Position numbers and translations under genes: made by a program. The notes beneath the pieces are model-generated. The model had not been told where the DNA came from. It made no database searches and worked only from the letters and a program-made list of their open reading frames with translations. Positions 62,841 through 64,000 of a stretch of 64,000 nt of DNA are shown here, piece after piece. This DNA is from Acutalibacteraceae bacterium. Its GTDB lineage: Bacteria; Bacillota; Clostridia; Oscillospirales; Acutalibacteraceae. The stretch lies in assembly GCA_045531855.1 (NCBI GenBank), contig JAZSEU010000030.1, forward strand, positions 1,412 through 65,411, written 5' to 3'. Each line of letters opens with the position of its first letter. The stretch's first letter is position 1.

Positions 62841-64000
62841 ATGGAAGTTAATTATAAAAACAAAAAGTATTATAAAACCTCTAAGTATCCCATAAGGCAA
62901 CCTAAAATAATGGCATTTTTGCTTTATCTTGTGAGTAAGATTATGATGCCAAGGGTGCCTTACAAAATTGAGAAGTTTGGTATGGAAGACTTGAAACCTC
63001 CGTATATTCTTCTCAGTAATCATATGTATTTTGTTGATTTTCAGTTGTCGGCTATGGCAACATATCCCCATCGTGTTAACAATGTTGCAACTATAGACGG
63101 GTATTACAGAAGACCTTGGCTTATGGAGCTTTTAGGTTGCATTTGCAAAAGAAAGTTTACCAACGATTTGCATCTTATAAAATCAATAAGAAAGGTGCTT
63201 AAAAGGGGAGATATACTTTGTATGTACCCCGAGGCGAGATATTCGCCTGTTGGAACAACGGCTATCTTACCTGATTCTCTCGGAAAGCTTATTAAGATGA
63301 ACAAGGTGCCGGTTGTAGTGCTACTGCACCACGGAAATTATCTTCATACTCCTTTCTGGAATTACAGAAAGCCCCGCAAGGCTCCGCTTTATACTACAAT
63401 GACCAAAATCCTTTCAAACGAGGATGTTGAAAGGATGACGGCTGATGAAATCAATACTGCCGTCAGAGATGCTATGAAATATGATGAATATGAATGGCAA
63501 AGAAAGCAGGGTATAATTATTGATGAGCCTTTCCGTGCTGAAGGACTGCATAAGGTTTTATATCAGTGTCCCAACTGCAAAACAGAGCATAAGATGGACT
63601 CTAAGGGAAGTGAAATCTTCTGTACGGAGTGTGGGAGACGTTGGAGAATGAACGAGGATGGCTCACTCAAAGCTCTTATAGGCGAAACCGAATTCAGCCA
63701 TATTCCCGATTGGTATGAATGGCAAAGAGTAGGGGTCGGAAAGCAGATTGAAAACGGCAGTTATTCTTTCTCTGATGAGGTTGAGGTTTATTCTCTTCCG
63801 AGGTGTATGCGATTTATGAACCTCGGCAAAGCAAGGCTTACCCATAACAGTGAGGACGGTTTTGTTCTGGAGGGACATTACAGGGGCAAAGATTATAAAA
63901 TCCAAAGAAAGCCTATTGAAATGTATGGCGTTCATATTGAATATGATTACTGCTATATAAAGCCATTTGATTGCATCGATATTTCAACCGAAAAGGATTC
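62841..64000 (+). CDS. PlsC-family lysophospholipid acyltransferase-like protein, 3'-truncated by the window end
   Basis: Open frame from ATG 62841 to the window end with no stop (hand-translated), absent from the ORF track because it has no stop codon. NHMYFVD (HX4D) and YPEARYS motifs. Internal CPNC...CTEC zinc ribbon. Confidence 0.75.
   Translation, partial: MEVNYKNKKYYKTSKYPIRQPKIMAFLLYLVSKIMMPRVPYKIEKFGMEDLKPPYILLSNHMYFVDFQLSAMATYPHRVNNVATIDGYYRRPWLMELLGCICKRKFTNDLHLIKSIRKVLKRGDILCMYPEARYSPVGTTAILPDSLGKLIKMNKVPVVVLLHHGNYLHTPFWNYRKPRKAPLYTTMTKILSNEDVERMTADEINTAVRDAMKYDEYEWQRKQGIIIDEPFRAEGLHKVLYQCPNCKTEHKMDSKGSEIFCTECGRRWRMNEDGSLKALIGETEFSHIPDWYEWQRVGVGKQIENGSYSFSDEVEVYSLPRCMRFMNLGKARLTHNSEDGFVLEGHYRGKDYKIQRKPIEMYGVHIEYDYCYIKPFDCIDISTEKD

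Noticed and set aside
1-64000. CRISPR arrays, rRNA genes, IS elements or transposases
   Set aside because: I saw no regularly spaced direct repeats, no rRNA-like sequence and no transposase-like ORF. The only mobile element I can support is the prophage.

Overview
Low-GC Firmicutes chromosome segment. The spoVM micro-gene, the rnfCDGEAB operon and B. subtilis yloC-to-cpgA-like synteny point to a spore-forming Clostridia-type host. It is interrupted by an apparently complete temperate prophage of about 35.8 kb (7221-43055), integrated into the 3' end of tRNA-Ser(GGA) and bounded by a 19-bp direct repeat. Left flank (1-7220): an operon with a LeuA-like protein whose catalytic motifs are degenerate, a TIM-barrel/AMP-ligase fusion, an amidohydrolase and metY, followed by metA. 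Right flank (43130-64000): a CPBP protease, then yicC-remA-gmk-rpoZ-priA-def-fmt-rsmB-rlmN-PP2C-prkC-rsgA, two micro-ORFs including spoVM, a convergent Wzz/BY-kinase pair, rnfCDGEAB, and a 3'-truncated acyltransferase gene that is absent from the ORF track. Prophage order: integrase, ImmA, CI-like repressor, divergent Cro-like gene, the DGR, a recombination/replication module (Rad52-like SSAP, NinB-like, SSB, DnaD-like, RusA, Dam, HNH), a small sigma-region-4-like regulator, terS/terL, scaffold, capsid, portal, a 2623-aa giant protein, collagen-like fibre, M15 endolysin and holin, and a reverse-strand membrane moron. The main finding is a diversity-generating retroelement (DGR) inside the early operon. 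It has an Avd-like gene, a 69-nt template repeat (TR), a reverse transcriptase, and two tandem paralogous target genes. Their C-terminal variable repeats differ from the TR at 14 and 15 positions, all of them TR adenines, plus one C-to-T change in VR2. The targets are small proteins with no evident signal peptide, encoded next to the lysogeny switch rather than among the tail fibre genes. Other points: a TTTGTCCGTTT motif that replaces the -35 element upstream of three late-gene blocks, the giant protein with two HExxH motifs in a virion module with no tail tube or tape measure gene, an antisense XRE gene inside the late region, and integrase arm-type repeats at both prophage ends. No CRISPR array or rRNA gene was seen.
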